Source: Eledone cirrhosa (Eukaryota). From it: a DNA stretch of 64,000 bases. The notes under the pieces were generated by a model. The model saw nothing but the letters and a program-made list of their open reading frames with translations. It ran no database searches and was not told where the DNA came from. A program made the position numbers and the translations under genes. Positions 62,209-64,000 of this stretch are shown here, piece by piece. The stretch covers positions 79,236,001 to 79,300,000 of the forward strand of contig OZ024745.1 of assembly GCA_964016885.1 (NCBI GenBank), read 5' to 3'. Each line of letters starts with the position of its first letter. Within the stretch, counting starts at the first letter, position 1.

Positions 62209-62319
62209 CTGTAAAAGGAAGAGGTGAAAAAACACAAATCTATAAAAATTGAACATCTAATGAATATTTTAATTCTTTTAAGACAACTGAGTCAATATTT
62301 TGGTATTTGAAACACTTAA

Positions 62320-62321
<2 letters not shown>

Positions 62322-62367
<46 letters not shown>
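62322..62367. repeat. (TA)n microsatellite
   Basis: Direct reading. Confidence 0.95.
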
Positions 62368-62369
<2 letters not shown>

Positions 62370-63592
62370 TCATCATCATCATCAACGTTTAACGTCCGTG
62401 TTCCACGCTTGCATGGGTTTGGACGGGGGTAGTCCCACTTGAGGCAAGAGTGATTGTCTTGCTCGCATAGGACTGTCTGGCAGGTTTTCTACAGTTGGAT
62501 GCCCTTCCTAACACCAACCACATTTACAGTGTGGGTCTGGGAGGTTTTTACCGTGTTGCCTACACGGCCACATTACAGCGTGGACTGTGTGTTTTTTTGT
62601 CGTGACACCTACACGATCTCATTTGTTTCGGCCTCGATGGCGCGGCACCAACATAACTTTACATAGAACGGGGTGGTGTGGATCGGGTGGGGGTGGTGGT
62701 GGTGGGACGGGGTGTATTTTGTTAGAGATGCCTACTGGCTGGAGTAGGTTTTACTATATATTTAGGTAAGGCGGGTCTTCTCTGTTACTGAGTACCGCCA
62801 AAGGTCTCGGTCCAGTGACATTGTCTTGGAGAGGTGTAAGTGTGTGATGTCGGAGTTTATCAGCTCGTCCCAGGTTTTTCTAGGTCTGCCTATTCCGTGA
62901 CTACCGTCTATCTTTATTGCCCTGCACTTTGTTATACAGCTATCGACTTTCATGCGCATCACGTGTCCATACCAACGTAGCCTTCTCTCGAGTAAACAAC
63001 ATCTGATCCCTCTTATCTCTAATTTTTTCCTTAGTTCGTTTATGCTTTGCCGTTCACGTATATTACTGTTACACATCCAGCGGAGCATGCAAGCTTCGTT
63101 CCTCTCTAGTCTGCGTATATCCTCTGCACACAATGCCCAGGTCTCACTGCCATGCAGCATTGCTGTTCGTATGCAGGCATCGTACAACCTGCCTTTCATT
63201 TTTAGTGAGAACCCTTTAGCAGCTAATAGTGGTATAAGCTCTCTGAACTTTTTCCAACCAGTTCTGACTCTAGCTACAGTACTTTCAGAGCACCCTCCCC
63301 CACTGCTGATTTTATCGCCCAGGTAACGGAAGCTGTCCACTATTTCTATAGAACCCTCTACGCAATTGAAAGAGCTAGTAGTTTGTGGGCACTTGCTGCT
63401 ACTTATTGCACCAGAGCACCGGCCACATGTAAAATCTATGTTCTTAGTTAGCTTACCTGTGATCCCACTACATCTTTTATGCACCCATACTTTGCATTTA
63501 GGACATAAAATGGAGTTTCTACCTACGCCTTTCCTACACACCGAGCACGACCATTTCCCAGAAGGGACCGCCGCCTTGTTTTCTTTCCTACA
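62368..63592 (-). mobile_element. 5'-truncated young RTE LINE with intact C-terminal ORF (62762-63541), long 3' UTR and (GAT)n tail, flanked by (TA)n
   Basis: 259 uninterrupted codons with Cys/His finger, FRYLG, HGSETW, RLRWYGHV, GRPRKTW. Confidence 0.9.
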
Positions 63593-63852
63593 ATATATAT
63601 ATATATATATGCTTCAACTAGAGTATAAACAAATCCAATCCATGCCCCTGTGAACTCAAGCAAATGTAAACCACAATCCTATAATCATCCCTCCTCCCAA
63701 CACTGTATCATATTAGCCATAAATTAAATTCAGACACGTCCTCCAAGACATGTCCTACCAGTCCTCACGATCAAACAGCATATAGTTTTGGGGTTTGTTT
63801 TTCAATGCTGGCATCGGTTGGATAAGACTCTTTGAGGCTACTCTATAGCTGA

Positions 63853-63928
63853 ATATATATATATATACATATATATACATACTTATATATATACATACAC
63901 ATATATATATACATATACATATACACAC

Positions 63929-63960
<32 letters not shown>

Positions 63961-64000
63961 ATATACATATACATATACATATATATATATACATATACAC
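63853..64000. repeat. Degenerate (TA)/(TACA) microsatellite
   Basis: Direct reading. Confidence 0.95.

Noticed and set aside
63755-64000. 81-aa Tyr/Ile ORF
   Set aside because: Translation of a TA/CA microsatellite.

Overview
AT-rich, repeat-dense metazoan genomic DNA. The repeat types suggest an octopus or other coleoid cephalopod, but this is inference. Two spliced genes lie tail-to-tail. (1) The last four coding exons of FANCI are on + (3813-9647). (2) Nineteen phase-consistent GT-AG exons on - (62208 to 17310; 3930 nt, 1309 aa plus stop, 5' end outside the window) encode a piRNA-pathway-type RRM + MYND zinc finger + 4x Tudor protein (TDRD1/Vreteno-like). Introns and intergenic DNA hold a full-length Tx1/L1-type LINE with a perfect 20-bp TSD in a (TA)n tract, a CR1-type LINE, many RTE LINE copies with a PHD-like C4HC3 finger inside the RT region, SINEs sharing the RTE 3' tail, a hAT MITE, a foldback element, and Tc1/mariner, MULE and piggyBac relics. 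The least expected signal is a cluster of minimal hammerhead ribozyme motifs in one FANCI intron: two near-complete ones on opposite strands plus one degenerate one. All calls come from manual reading and translation; no searches were run.
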